In this document: piece by piece, positions 52,106 to 64,000 of the stretch | Layout of the letters: the number at the start of each line of letters is the position of its first letter | Position numbering within the stretch: the stretch's first letter is position 1 | Source: Octopus vulgaris | Taxonomy: Eukaryota | Assembly (NCBI GenBank): GCA_951406725.2 | Contig: OX597825.1 | Location: forward strand, 72,292,001 to 72,356,000 | Length of the DNA stretch: 64,000 bases | Direction of reading: 5' to 3' | Program-made: the position numbers and the translations under genes | The notes under the pieces: model-generated | Told to the model about the DNA's origin: nothing | Seen by the model: the letters and a program-made list of their open reading frames with translations, nothing else | Database searches by the model: none

Positions 52106-52620
52106 GGAGGCGCAATGGCCCAGTGGTTAGGGCAGCGGACTCGCGGTCGTAGGATCGCGGTTTCGATTCCCAGACCGGTCGTTGTGAGTGTTTATTGAGC
52201 GAAAACACCTAAAGCTCCACGAGGCTCCAGCAGGGGTGGTGGTGAACACTGCTGTACTCTTTCACCACAACTTTCTCTCACTCTTTCTTCCTGTTTCTGT
52301 TGTACCTGTATTTCAAAGGGGCCAGCCTTGTCACACTGTGTGTCACGCTGAATCTCCCCGAGAACTATGTTAAGGGTACACGTGTCTGTGGAGTACTCAG
52401 CCACTTGCACGTTAATAAATGAGCTGCGATGTCACTGGTGCGAAGCTGTATCGGCCTTTGCCTTTCCATTGGATAGCATCGGTGGCGTGGAGGGGGGAGG
52501 CCGGTATGCATGGGCGACTGCTGGTCTTCCATAGACAAACTTGCCCAGACTTGTGCCTCGGAGGGTGGCTTTCTAGGTACAATCCCATGGTCATTCATGA
52601 CCGAAAGGGGTCACACAATA
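52106..52620 (+). mobile_element. SINE family C long composite copy, 11-bp TSD
   Basis: TSD ATTCTGTGAAT at 52095-52105 and 52621-52631. Other family C copies lie at ~13159-13335(+), 38225-38434(-), 43880-44268(-), 46858-47055(-) and 63253-63630(+). Confidence 0.85.
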
Positions 52621-53445
52621 ATTCTGTGAATTCAAATTCCAGTGGTGTCAACTTCGCCTTTTCTTCTTCTTCTTTTGAATCAATAAATAAAGTAGCAGTC
52701 TACCATTACGGCATCGATTCCTTTCTCCACTCCTCTCTTTATGAAATATATCAGTTGTAGACAGGACAGTTCTACCAAGATTAGCCCAAAACACACTTGC
52801 ATATCACAAGGGCACCCCCACCTAACAACTCTTTCAAGAATGGAGAACGCAAAGCAATGCAAGGCAATCAGAGTTATTGTCTGGATCGAAGACGACCCAG
52901 TTCTGTACGACTGAAGACGCTGGTTTAATAAGAGGTTTATTATTTTGTTAAATGCTTCAACAATTTTGTAAACAAGCATGTCTCTAACTGGATGGAGGAG
53001 TAAGTGACTGATGATTATAAGCAACTGAAATCGAATCGAAGACTCAGTTGACTGTGCATTTATCTACTGTCATCATTTCATAATTATTCTGCTGGCATTC
53101 GCATATCATTATACTAGCAGTATCGCCTATCCAAATTTTTCGTCTATCCGTTGTCTTCTGTTGTGGTTAAATGAACAAGCTATACAACTCCTTCCACCAC
53201 AAGATCCGGTCCTCATTGTGGTGCGAAGCCTTGTGTGCCCCAGTGATGCTGAGATCTATGCCAACAGAGTGTAAGTTCCTGCTAGAATCTTTTATGATAT
53301 GATAGACAGTTCAAAGGATAGTTATCAGAGTAATAAGGGCCATCTCTTCCTAGAAGTAAAAAGGGTTGGCATGTTGGTTGAAAGAGTTTTTTAAAAAATA
53401 CACGGAGCTTCATTCAAGTCAAATATTGAAGCATACAGTCTTATG

Positions 53446-53598
53446 CATTAGCGTAGGTAGGGTCAGGTGGTTGGGGCAGTCCGCCCCGGGCGGCACTTTT
53501 GGGTCTGCTGTAGTCAATGTGGGGTCCCGGGTGGCAAACGGAAGGGGTTGAAAACGGAAGGGCTGCTCCGGGTGGCACACACTCCAGCTACGCTAGTG
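53446..53598. mobile_element. hAT-like MITE
   Basis: Imperfect TIRs CATTAGCGTAGGTAGG and CCAGCTACGCTAGTG, with internal repeats GCCCCGGGCGGCAC and GCTCCGGGTGGCAC. The 8-bp flanks match only partly. Confidence 0.55.
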
Positions 53599-54094
53599 CT
53601 AGTATGGTCCATTTTAATGATGACCCATGCAGCAGCATAGCGTGGGCCGAGATGACCACCGAGGGTGGCCACGTTGGCATGAGTCTTCGCCGTAGAAGAA
53701 GATATGTTCCGTTTAAAGAAGTCGAATCTCCAAAATTCACGTTACGTCACAGAGAATGTTACTGTAGAAAAACAAATCTGTAAAACGAGGCATATTATTT
53801 TAATAGTATTTGAAATATTAGACTTGTGTGCAAGAAAAAGAAAAGCAATGTTACTTAAGTCCGATGACAATTCAGAGCCAACAGGACCCAGGGGAAGGAA
53901 AAACAACACAGAGTCGACACAGTGGATAAAGGTGATCGATGTCCTGCGCTCCGAAGGCAGTAAAAGGCTTAAGAAGTATACAACCACTTATTTGGTTTTG
54001 CTATTTCTTTAGGTTCACCATTAACTTCTGTGCTTCTATTTATCTTTAAATTGCTAATTCTTTCAACATAATATTTCCGAGTAAAATAGGAATA

Positions 54095-54348
54095 GTGGAG
54101 GCGCGTGGCTTAGTGGTTAGGATATCAGCATCATGATCGTAAGATTGTGATTTCGATTCCTGGACCGGGCGAGGCGTTGCGTTCTTGAGCAAAACACTTC
54201 ATTTCACATTGCTCCAGTCCACTCAGTTGGCAAAAATGAGTAACGCTGCGATGGACTGGCGTCCCGTCCAGCTTGGGAACACATACGCCATTGAAACCGG
54301 AAAACCGGGCCCATGAGCCTGGCTAGGCTTTAAAAGGGCGAGAAGAAG
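54095..54348 (+). mobile_element. SINE family D copy, 12-bp TSD
   Basis: Head GTGGAGGCGCGTGGCTTAGTGGTTAG...TTCGATTCC and body TTCTTGAGCAAAACACTTCATTTCAC; TSD AAAATA(G/T)GAATA at 54083-54094 and 54349-54360. Other copies lie at ~7125-7375(+), 7768-8090(+), 23770-24000(-), 37980-38220(+), 39962-40200(+) and 49925-50340(+). Confidence 0.85.
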
Positions 54349-56747
54349 AAAATATGAATACAATACTGACGGAAAAGACTACTGCACCTTTTTACCAACG
54401 TCTATATTGTTTAATTTGTAGTTGTAATTTCGGGTCCTGTAATGATGCATGATACGTTTGAGATACTATAAAACAGTGAACATTAAAGAAGAAAATTCGT
54501 GTATATCTATCGCCGTGTGGGATCTGGGGTCTGAATGTAATTAGGGCTTTCAAAATGGGACTATAGTCACTGTAATTATGACTTCTTTAAATGTTTAGAA
54601 TGCAACCCTTTGTCACCAATGTCCTCAATTTCATATTTGTATACTCCCCCAGAAGAAATTGTATTAATTACAAGGAATTCTAAAACTTATTACCCCAGAT
54701 TCAGGTTTGTGTAACTCTGAAAAACTTTAAATTCTATATGGCTCAGACAGCTACATTATATATGGGTGTCAGAGGAATGTACAGTAGACCACAACTCTAT
54801 ACAATTATGCATATGACATTCTCTAGCCGTTGGTGAATCTTAAACTCAAATCTATAATCAAAGTATTCCATTTGTGACCATCGAGTCTTTAAGAGATATG
54901 TAGGACAAATCATTTACTGGCTGTTTCTTTGTTTAATATATTAAGGTGTAATTTGAGGAAGACAGGGGGTTATTCCTAGATTTAAAACCGACCAAGAGTA
55001 AGTGAGTGTCCGCATATATTTATAGATCTATTAAATAAAGACATGGCATTAGTGTGTATATGTACATATGTTTGTGTATTTTGGTGTGTATATGCGCTGG
55101 TATCAGTAACTTTGCTTGGCCTTACTCCTTCATCTCCTTCAAAGGCGTTTCAGGGGCGCTATCGTGACAAATAAGTGTCTTGGACACTTTTAGACCTGCT
55201 GGAGTTCATCTCTCTGAAGGCGTATTGATAAGTTGATGATAGGCTGTTGAAAGATCACCCGATCATAGTCTCCCACTAGTTGGCATCGTTTACATAAAAA
55301 TGCATCTTTATGCGCGTATAGAAATAAGAATGTATAAATATGTATCTGTATTATCTATTTGTATGCACATTGAGAAATAAGTACATGTGTAAGCATACAT
55401 AAGTGTATATGTATGTATATATATATATATACATAAGTATATATGTTTGTATATATATATACAAACATTATACATACATATGTGTGTGTAAGTATATATA
55501 ATTATATATAAGTGTATATAAGTATATATAAATATATATAAGTATGTATATGTATTTTTGTGTACGAGTGTGCATGTGTGTGTGTGTGTGTGTGTAGAAA
55601 GAAATTTGGCCAAACTATAATAAGTTTCAGCTATTTTAAAATCTTTTAGGAAGGAGCGTAGGTAATGGCCATAAACCTTCACGGAATCTCCAAGACTCAT
55701 TGAGGGATTAAACGTCATCCTCACACCGGAGACCGGGCCGCATAAATGTAACAGAACTTGGTACACTGAAGACACCCAAGGTGTCAGGGTATGACGCTAA
55801 AGGAGAGCTTGCTTTAAGTTTACCAATCAAATATACCAGGGCAAAATTCGAACTCACAAAGCAATGAGCCTGAACAGATACCGCTGATATCAAGTAGGGC
55901 TTTCTCACAACTCCGCCAATCGAACATGGGTTTATCTTTTACACTTTATTTGCTTTGGTGATTAGACTGCGACCATACTAGGGCACCCCTTGGAAGGTTT
56001 GGTCGAAAAAATCGACCAGTTACGATAACGTAAACAAACTGACATCGGTTCTTAAGTGGTGGTGTGGACAAACACAAACACATAAATACGGTAAGGATCG
56101 ATGGGCTGCGCTTTCACGGTCCGTATTCGTACTGAAAATCGAAATCCAGCTAGCTTTTGCCCACATATATATATATGTGTGTGTGTGTGTGATTGTGTGT
56201 GTGTGTGTGTGTGAATATCTAGCACGGGATTCCACATAGTTTCCATGGACCAAATTCACTTATAAAGCACTGCTAGGCTCGGAGCTATAGTAGAAGGTAC
56301 TTGTCCAAAATCCTACAAAGTGGGATTGAACACGAAGCCAGGTAGTTGCAAAGCAAGCTTCTTAACCATGCAGCCACGCCTGGTATTTATTTTTTGTGAA
56401 CCCCCGAATGAATGGAAGGAAAAGTTCGTCCTGACGTCATTTGAACTAAGAGTGAAGAGTTTCAGAACAAATAGCACGGACCATTCTTTCCGATGCCGAA
56501 TCCACCACACCGTATTGCAGCTCGGAGCTCCACACAAAATATTAGGTTCAATTTTTGGCAAAAGGTTAACAATTTTAAAGTAGGGGGTAGTCGAGAACTG
56601 GGGCTTATTTTATCGATTCCGAGACAACGAGACGCAAAATCGACGTGGTTTGAAACCCGAGCATAAAGCCAGATGAAATGTAGTTAAGTATCTCGTCCAA
56701 CGTGCTAACCATTCTGCCGGATCGTCTGCTTATCTCCACATAAAATA

Positions 56748-56956
56748 ATTTGTACTAGAGGTGCAAGGAATGAAATTCGGGGGATGGGATAGTCGACTAC
56801 ATCGACCTTCAGTGCTCAAATGGTACTTATTTTATTAACTCCGAAAGGATGAAAGGCAATGTTGACCTCGGCGGGATTTGAACTCAGAACGTGCCAACAG
56901 ACGAAATTGTGCAAAGCACTTTGCCCGGTGTGCTAACGTTTCTGCTGGGTTGCCGC
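56748..56956 (-). mobile_element. SINE family A, 19-bp TSD, abutting an older copy (56545-56728)
   Basis: TSD CTTATCTCCACATAAAATA at 56729-56747 and 56957-56975. Confidence 0.9.
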
Positions 56957-57240
56957 CTTATCTCCACATAAAATACGGCTTTGACATGTATAAAAGTATA
57001 GACCAGACTACAATGCACAACAAAGGACAATTAAAGTTTATGTGAGAGACGAACAGACGGACGGATGGATGGACGGATGAATGTTTGTATATATGTATGC
57101 TTGTCAGTTCCTTCTTATTGCTATTGTAAGCCAGTGTAACCTGTTGCATGTGCGGGCCGTCGGCGACTAAACTAGCAGCCTTACTAAGCCTGCTTGGTAA
57201 AGAGTATTGTTTTTCCCTGGATACCATGCAGGAAGAAAAC

Positions 57241-57472
57241 CTATTTCTTTACTAGCCACAAGGGCCTAAACACAGAGAGGACAAACAAGGACAGACCAAC
57301 GGATTAAGTCGATTATATCGGCCCCAGTGCGTAACTGGTACTTATTTAATCGACCCCGAAAGGATGAAAGGCAAAGTCGACCTCGGCGGAATTTGAACTC
57401 AGAACGCAGCGGCGGACGAAATACCACAAAGCATTTCGCCCGGCATGCTAACGTTTCTGCCAGCTCGCCGCC
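57241..57472 (-). mobile_element. SINE family A full-length monomer
   Basis: Near-consensus head, central block and tail. Confidence 0.9.
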
Positions 57473-57475
57473 TTA

Positions 57476-57508
<33 letters not shown>

Positions 57509-58012
57509 TGTATGTATGTATGTATGTATGTATGTATGTATGTATGTATGTATGTATGTGTTCATGTATGCTTGTATGTTTGTCGGTCGGTCTATCTATA
57601 TGTACTATGTATGTATATATGCATGTATGTATGTATCTATGTATTTATGTATGCATAATGAGCGTTTATTCATAAAAAGAAGTGCTACAGATACGAGATA
57701 TTGAACTCAATACTGAAAGACATATAGCCTATTGTATTCTACGTTCTGTCAAGCGTTAAGACATTTGCAGCGGAGTCAAGTCAGTGACGAGGTTGCAGTT
57801 GGTGCGACGAAAATTTTGACACCAAATACAAGATGTCCATGTGCAACCAAGAGACTTTGGGTGTTTTATAATGGCAAAAATGTATCTTCTACGCTACTGT
57901 CGGTTTAAGCATTCGATCCTGTTTCAATTCTAACTCAATCTGATCACAGATTGTAATCGGTTGAATTTTCCAACGACAGGACTAACTTGGTGAACTAACC
58001 ATTAAATAAACA

Positions 58013-58043
<31 letters not shown>

Positions 58044-58554
58044 CGCATATTATATGAGTCTTTGTGTGTGTGTGTATGAGCGAGTGAGAGAGAGAAGAGA
58101 GAGAGAGAAGAGAGAGAAAAAGAGAATGTATGCACGAATGCGCATGTGCTTGTATGTTTGTATGCGTCTCTCGTATGTAAATACGGCTGAATTTACAAGT
58201 TGGAAGGAAAATGTACTCAGTTTTAAAGTAAAATATTTTTATTTCTTGTACTTCCTACATAATCTACCGACATTACACTCACTGTATGGAAACTATCCCC
58301 GTTCAACAAGCAAATTAGAACAGCACGCTTACACGCACACGCACACACGTACACACGTACACACAAACACATTCTCTCTCTCTCACACACGAATCACATG
58401 CTAGGCGCACATAGAGAAACATTCTCACACATACATACACACAGACATACATATATAATTATATATATATAATCTTAAACATATAGGGAACTTGAGAGAT
58501 ATATAGACGAATAGACGAGATGTATATAATACACTCAATCATAACATGTAGGCG

Positions 58555-59397
58555 TATGTATGCATGCATGTATGTGTGTACGTATGTATGTATGTATGTA
58601 TTTATGTATGTATGTATGTATGTGTGTATGTATGTATGTATCTATGCATGTATATGTGTAGGTATGTATGTGTGAATGTATGTATGTATGTGTGTACGTA
58701 TGTATGTGTGTATGTATGCATGTATTATGTATGTATGTATGTATGCTTGTATGTATGTATGTATTATGTATGTGTGTATGTATGTATTATGTATGTATGT
58801 ATGTATGTATGTATGTATATATGTGTATATGTATGTATGTATATATGTGTGCACGTATGTATGTGTGTGTGTATGTATGTATGTATGTATGTATGTATGT
58901 ATGTATGTATGTATGTATTACAAATGAAAAGCTGTGACGTAAAAAATTGCTTGAACAAAGTTTCCAAGTCACCCTTAACTTAACAATTTTTTAAAAGCAA
59001 AGTCTTGACAATTTAATTCACGATGACGCTCACCACATCCCCGCTTCCGCCTTCCTCGCACACTCATAGATGCATGTTACATATATAAAGGTATGTGAAT
59101 ATATATATATATATATATATATGTATTACATTGTCAAAAGAATATAAGATAATACTTAATATTCTAGTCGGCATCATATGAAAAGTTGTTATAAACTTTT
59201 TAAAGTGTGTGTGTGTGTGTGTGTGAGTTAGTGTGTGTATGTGTGTACACGTATGCGTGTGTATGTGCATATGTATAGTTTTATGTATATGTGTGTGTAT
59301 GTATATATTTATATATATAAATGTATATTCATGCATGTATGTATACATATATATATGTATGTGCGTGCGTGTGTATGTGACTGGACATATATATATG

Positions 59398-59452
<55 letters not shown>

Positions 59453-59556
59453 GTATGTGTATATACATATATATGTGTGCATATATATACATATATATAT
59501 ATACACGTATATATATATATATATATATATATACCCACATACATATATATATATAT

Positions 59557-59632
<76 letters not shown>

Positions 59633-59730
59633 TCACAAATATATATGTATATGTGTGTATATATGCATGCATGTACGTTTTCATACATACATTTGTGAGT
59701 GCTTGTGGTTGTACGTGAGTGTATACATGT
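58555..59730. repeat. (TATG)n/(TA)n/(TG)n microsatellite field at the 5' end of the AstC intron
   Basis: Directly visible. Many more TA, TG, GATA, GTT, GGT and AAG tracts occur throughout the window. Confidence 0.95.
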
Positions 59731-59805
59731 ACAATACAAGTATTTCTGTAAAGAAAACTTTAAAAAAAAAAAAAGAAATAATAATAAAAAACATCAAAGA
59801 CTTAC

Positions 59806-59907
59806 CAGTTCACTTTTGGGTAAAACTTCGGAGAGGGCCATAGCTTCGGCAAACATATTGGCACACACCACTACGAGAAAGAAACAGGCAAATGTGTGTT
59901 GACGCAT
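59806..59907 (-). CDS. AstC: Allatostatin-C (somatostatin-like) neuropeptide precursor, first coding exon (signal peptide)
   Basis: ATG at 59907 gives 34 codons, [34 protein letters not shown]: a basic n-region, a hydrophobic core and an A-M-A cleavage motif. The exon ends at a consensus donor CTG|GTAAGT in phase 0, matching the phase-0 acceptor at 35771. TATA/Inr motifs lie upstream. Confidence 0.85.
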
Positions 59908-60001
59908 CTCGGATCTGCGTTGATTTCAGAAACACCGTAAACGTGGAGAGATTGAAGAATTCCGCGAGAAAACTTGGAACACGCAGTCACAGCGACTAGA
60001 A

Positions 60002-60037
60002 GAATGACTAATCGAGGATCTATAACCGTCCTTTATA
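60002..60037 (-). promoter_or_regulatory. Proximal core promoter of AstC (TATA box plus initiator)
   Basis: On the minus strand, TATAAAGG starts at 60037 and an Inr-consensus TCATTC has its A at 60005, placing the TATA at -32. No ATG lies between this site and the start codon at 59907. Confidence 0.6.
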
Positions 60038-60237
60038 GAGTAAGAGCTGGAGATAGAGAGAGAGTGGGAGTGAGAGAAAGCAACAAAGGATGTGCGTGCG
60101 TTTGTGCGTGTGTCTGTCGGACACGAGAAGTCTCTTATACAGAATGAATTTGTCTGTGTGTTTTTTCGTTTTTGTTTTGTCTAGTAATAGATTTTCATAA
60201 GAGAATTGCAGTTTTCTTCTTTGTCCTCTTCGAGAGC

Positions 60238-60337
60238 TTTGAAGGAGAGAGTTTCAGCGCTGTCTTTATAAAGCAGTATAAAGATGGGCGAGCACAAGAT
60301 AGTTTTGTATACGCGTGTGCTCTCTTCCCCGATTGGC
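60238..60337 (-). promoter_or_regulatory. Possible distal core promoter of AstC (CCAAT box, TATA box, weak Inr)
   Basis: Minus strand: GCCAATC at 60337-60331, TATAAAGA starting at 60270, and TTCA with its A at 60240 (30 nt downstream of the TATA). Confidence 0.4.
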
Positions 60338-60721
60338 CGACTTGCCGCGCCTTTTTTCGGATCGATAAACCAATTATATGCTGCTGCATATTGCGTGGTA
60401 GTTGCTCCTGACTCTGACGGCTGTGTTTTCGTTGTTGTTTTCTTTACTGAGTTTTGCAACGCCCTGATTGATCTTACAAGCATGTAAGTAGACAGGTGGA
60501 TGGATGGATGGATGGATGGATGGATAGATGGATGGATGGATGGATGAACGGATGGATCGTCAGTCGGAACAAGAACTTACCAAACAAGCCTACGCTATGT
60601 AGCGTTGTTGCTGATTTCCTGCTAGTAATTCTTCAAAAAAAAAATGAAAAATACGATAACAGATTACATTATTTATTTTTTTTTTTTTAGTTTTGTTTCT
60701 TGTTTATTTTTAAATAATAAT

Positions 60722-60752
<31 letters not shown>

Positions 60753-61104
60753 AAGAAGAAGAAGAAGAAGAAGAAGAAGAAGAAGAAGAAGAAGAAGAGG
60801 TGGTGGTGGCGGCGGCGGTGTTGGCGGTGCTGCTGGTGGTGGTGAAGATGATGATGGATGGAATATGATGATGTCGACGATGATAATAATGAAGAAAGAA
60901 GAGAAAAGAAGAAATGGTGGAGGAGGCGGAGGAAGACGAATGTAGAGAGGCAGAAGAAGTGGGAAAGGAAGAAAAAGGAAGAAGGAGAATAAAATGAAGT
61001 GGAAGATGAATGAAAGAAGGAGAAGAGGGCGGAGGAGGACTGAAGAGAAACTTTTGTTCTTTACTAAAACAAGTATGAATGTTCTATGAAATAATAACGA
61101 TAAA

Positions 61105-61371
61105 CCTTTCTACTATAGGCACAAGGCCTAAAAAATTGTGGGGGATGGGTTAAGTCGATGCCATCAATTCCAGTGTTCAACTGGTGCTCATTTTATCGAC
61201 TCCGAAAGGATGAAAGATAAGGTCAGCCTCGGCAGAATTTGAACTCAGAACGTGAAGACGGACAAAATTCCGCTAAGCATTTCATTCCGGTGCGGTAACG
61301 ATTCTGCCAGTTCACTGCCTTGATAATAATAATAATAATAATAATAATGGTGATAATAATAATAATAATAA

Positions 61372-61434
<63 letters not shown>

Positions 61435-61467
61435 GAAGAAGAAGTAGAAGAAGAAGTAGAATAAGAA

Positions 61468-61518
<51 letters not shown>

Positions 61519-63050
61519 GAAGAAGAAGTATAAGAAGAAGTAGAAGAACAACAACAACAAGAACAAGAAGAACAAGAACAAGAACAAGAAGAAGAAGAAG
61601 AATGAAGTTCAAAGTTTGGCGCAAGGCCAGCAATCCCATGGGAGGGGACAAACAAGGACAAACAAACGGATTAAGTCAATTATCCCGACCCCAATGCTCA
61701 GCTGGTGCTTATTTTATCGACTCCGAAAGGCTGAAAGGCAAAGTCGACCTCAGCGGAATTTGAACTCAGAACTTAAAGACGAAAGAAACACCGCAAAGCA
61801 TTTTGCCTGGCGTGCTAATGATTCTACGAGCTCACCAATTCTTTCGAATTTTGGCACAAGCCCAGCAAATTTAGTGGGATTGGGGTTAGTCGATTACATC
61901 GGCCCCAGTATTTGAGTGGTAATCAGTTTTATTTAAGGATGAAAAGCAAAGATGATATCAGTAGGAATTGAACTCGGTACGTAAAGAACTGGAAGAAATG
62001 CTGCTAAATATATTCTCTGACGCGCTAACGTTTCCGCCAGCTGGCTACTTTGCTCAGTTATTTTCGGTGGGAAAGAGGGTTTGTCAATCATATTGACTTC
62101 GGTATTTGACTGGTATAAGGCGGCGAGCTGGCAGAAACGTTAGCACGCCGGGCGAAATGCTTAGCGGTATTTCGTCTGCCGTTACGTTCTGAGTTCAAAT
62201 TCCGCCGAGGTCGACTTTACCTTTCATCCTTTCGGGGTCGATAAATTAAGTACTAGTTACGCACTGGAGTCGATGTAATCGACTTAATCCATTTGTCTTT
62301 CCTTGTTTGTCCTCTCTGTGTTTAGCCCCTTGTGGGTAATAAAGAAACAGGTATTTCGTCAGCCGTTACGTTCTGAGTTCAAATTCCGCCGAGGTCAACT
62401 TTGCGTTTCATCTTTTCGGGGTCGATAAATTAAGTAGCGGTTGCGTACTGGGGTGGATGTAATCGATTGGCCACCTCCCCAAAAATTTCGGGCCTTGTGC
62501 CTAGAGTAGGAAAGAATATTTGATTGGTATTCAAATCGGTGAGCTGGCAGACTGGTTCGCGTGCTGGAGAAAATGCTTAGCTGTCGTTCCTCCGTCTTTA
62601 CGATCCAAGTTCAAATTCCACCGAGGTCGACTCTGCCTTTCATCCGTTCGGGAATGATAAATGAATAGACTGGGGCCGATTTAATCGACTTACACCCTCT
62701 CGCACAACTGCTGGCCTTGTGCCAAAATTTGAAATGAATATCATAGCTTCCAACTAAGACAAGCAAGCTGGCAGAATCGTTAGCACACAGGGCAAGTTTA
62801 TTAGCGGTATTTCATCCGTCTTTAGGCTCTGAGTTCAAATTCCTCTGCGGTCGACTTTGTCTTTCAACCTTTTGGGATCGATAAAAGAAATATCAGTTGA
62901 ACACTGGGGTCGATTTAATCGACTCACACATTTCTCTGTACTTTTGGCCTTGTACGAAAATTAGATATCACTATTTCACTGGTATTTATTTTATCGACCC
63001 CGAAAGAATGAAAGACAAAGTTGAATCTACGGAATTTGAACTCAGAACAT
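61105..63050. mobile_element. Dense cluster of at least 7 SINE family A copies in both orientations, including a TSD-flanked dimer at 62118-62516
   Basis: Minus copies at ~61105-61320, 61608-61835 and 61845-62045; plus copies at 62118-62516, 62537-62735 and 62762-62965. The dimer TSD is TATTTGA(C/T)TGGTAT at 62103-62116 and 62517-62530. Further family A copies lie at ~9961-10195, 12920-13140, 33352-33560, 38510-38678, 40475-40690, 43515-43870 and 49708-49900. Confidence 0.85.
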
Positions 63051-63170
63051 TTCTTTTTCTTTTTTTCTAAGATAAGTTTGTTCGTTTATATTTCTCAAAT
63101 AATTTCCAATTTGCAATGTTATTTGAATTATCAAGAAAAATATTTTTGTTGTATAATGTGATGGTTTTTC

Positions 63171-63204
<34 letters not shown>

Positions 63205-64000
63205 TGTCTGTCTGTCTGTGTCTGTGTATGTGTGTAGCTCTATTTAACCTCAGTGGAGTCGCAATGGCCCAGTAGTTAGGGCAGCAGACTCGCAGTCATA
63301 GGATCGCAGTTTCGATTCTAAGACTGGGCGTTGTGAGCATTTATTGAGCGAAAACACTTAAAGCTCGACGAAGCTCCGGCAGGGTAGTGGTGAACCCTGC
63401 TGTACTCTTCCACCACAACTTTCTCTCAATCTTTCTTCCTGTTTCTATTGTACCTGTACTTTAAAGGGCCAGCCTTGTCACACTCTGTGTCAGGCTGAAT
63501 CTCTCCAAGAACTACGTTAAAGATACGCGTGTCTGTGAAATGCTCAGGCACTTACGCGTTAATTTCACAAGCAGGCTGTGCCGTTGATTGGGTCAACTGG
63601 AATCCTCGTCGTCGTAACAGACGGAGTGCCGTAGTAATTCAACCTCAACAACTCTTGTTTATCATCTTCGAAATTGGAATATATTTTTCCTTTTTTCAGG
63701 CATATGATAATCGAATACCAAATAGAACAAAACTACCAACCCAGTGAAAAGCCAGAACGAATACTGCAAAGCATTTTGCCAACAATCTAACGATTCCGAA
63801 AATGTAACCCCTTTAATAATAGTCTGGAGTTTATGAACAAGACCGGTATTCTTCAGAAATAGAGGATAACTCGATAGCATCGACCCCATGGAGGGTGAAG
63901 ACGCAGAATAAGTAATGCGCAACGCATTTTTAACGAAAACGTACATGATGATGATGATGATGATGTTGACAGTGGTAGTGTAGATGGTGGCAGACTCGAC

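Larger units (their letters stand above)
35772..59805 (-). other. Predicted ~24.0-kb intron of the AstC gene, filled with SINEs, MITEs and microsatellites
   Basis: GT...AG ends join the two exons in frame to give a 90-aa precursor. No convincing intervening exon was found by eye, but one cannot be excluded. Confidence 0.7.

Noticed and set aside
52106-52180. tRNA-like sequence with A and B boxes (also at 54095, 63253 and 7125)
   Set aside because: It is a SINE head: no complete acceptor stem, and it is followed by repeat bodies and TSDs.
53854-53973. Possible structured RNA (CTTAAGT-CCGATGA...GAGC/CAGGAC...GTCCTG/GCTC-CGAA...GCTTAAG)
   Set aside because: Neither the hammerhead core nor box C/D spacing is satisfied, and the stems are short enough to be chance.
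59064-59843. Multiple 130-206-aa YI/MYVC ORFs (also at 3693-4280, 22689-23174 and 61223-61763)
   Set aside because: These are pure microsatellite reading frames.
60181-60483. 100-aa minus-strand ORF upstream of AstC
   Set aside because: It overlaps the CCAAT/TATA promoter region and shows no recognisable protein features.

Overview
AT-rich eukaryotic genomic DNA dominated by repeats. The SINE families, microsatellite load and neuropeptide sequence point to an octopod cephalopod (inference). Almost all supplied ORFs are microsatellite or SINE artefacts. The one well-supported host gene is missing from the ORF track: a minus-strand allatostatin-C (AstC, somatostatin-like) neuropeptide precursor. 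Its signal-peptide exon (59907-59806) splices in phase 0 across a ~24-kb intron to a terminal exon (35771-35601) ending RKR-AVITACYFQAVSCY-stop, and two TATA/Inr-like core promoters lie upstream. The rest is transposon debris: a full-length decayed pogo/Tigger element, a SINE-interrupted mariner, mariner and hAT MITEs, a TGT-ended long-TIR foldback element, RTE-clade LINE ends, decayed Penelope-like elements and four tRNA-derived SINE families. Notable non-coding structure includes several Penelope-type minimal hammerhead ribozyme motifs. One has a compensatory U3-A8 core, and another is split by the Tigger exactly at its cleavage dinucleotide. There are also SINE multimers with a fixed tail-to-head junction, a perfect 136-bp-arm palindrome and a templated insertion inside a (TA)n tract. 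All calls were made by eye with no database searches, so repeat boundaries are approximate unless TIRs or TSDs are quoted.
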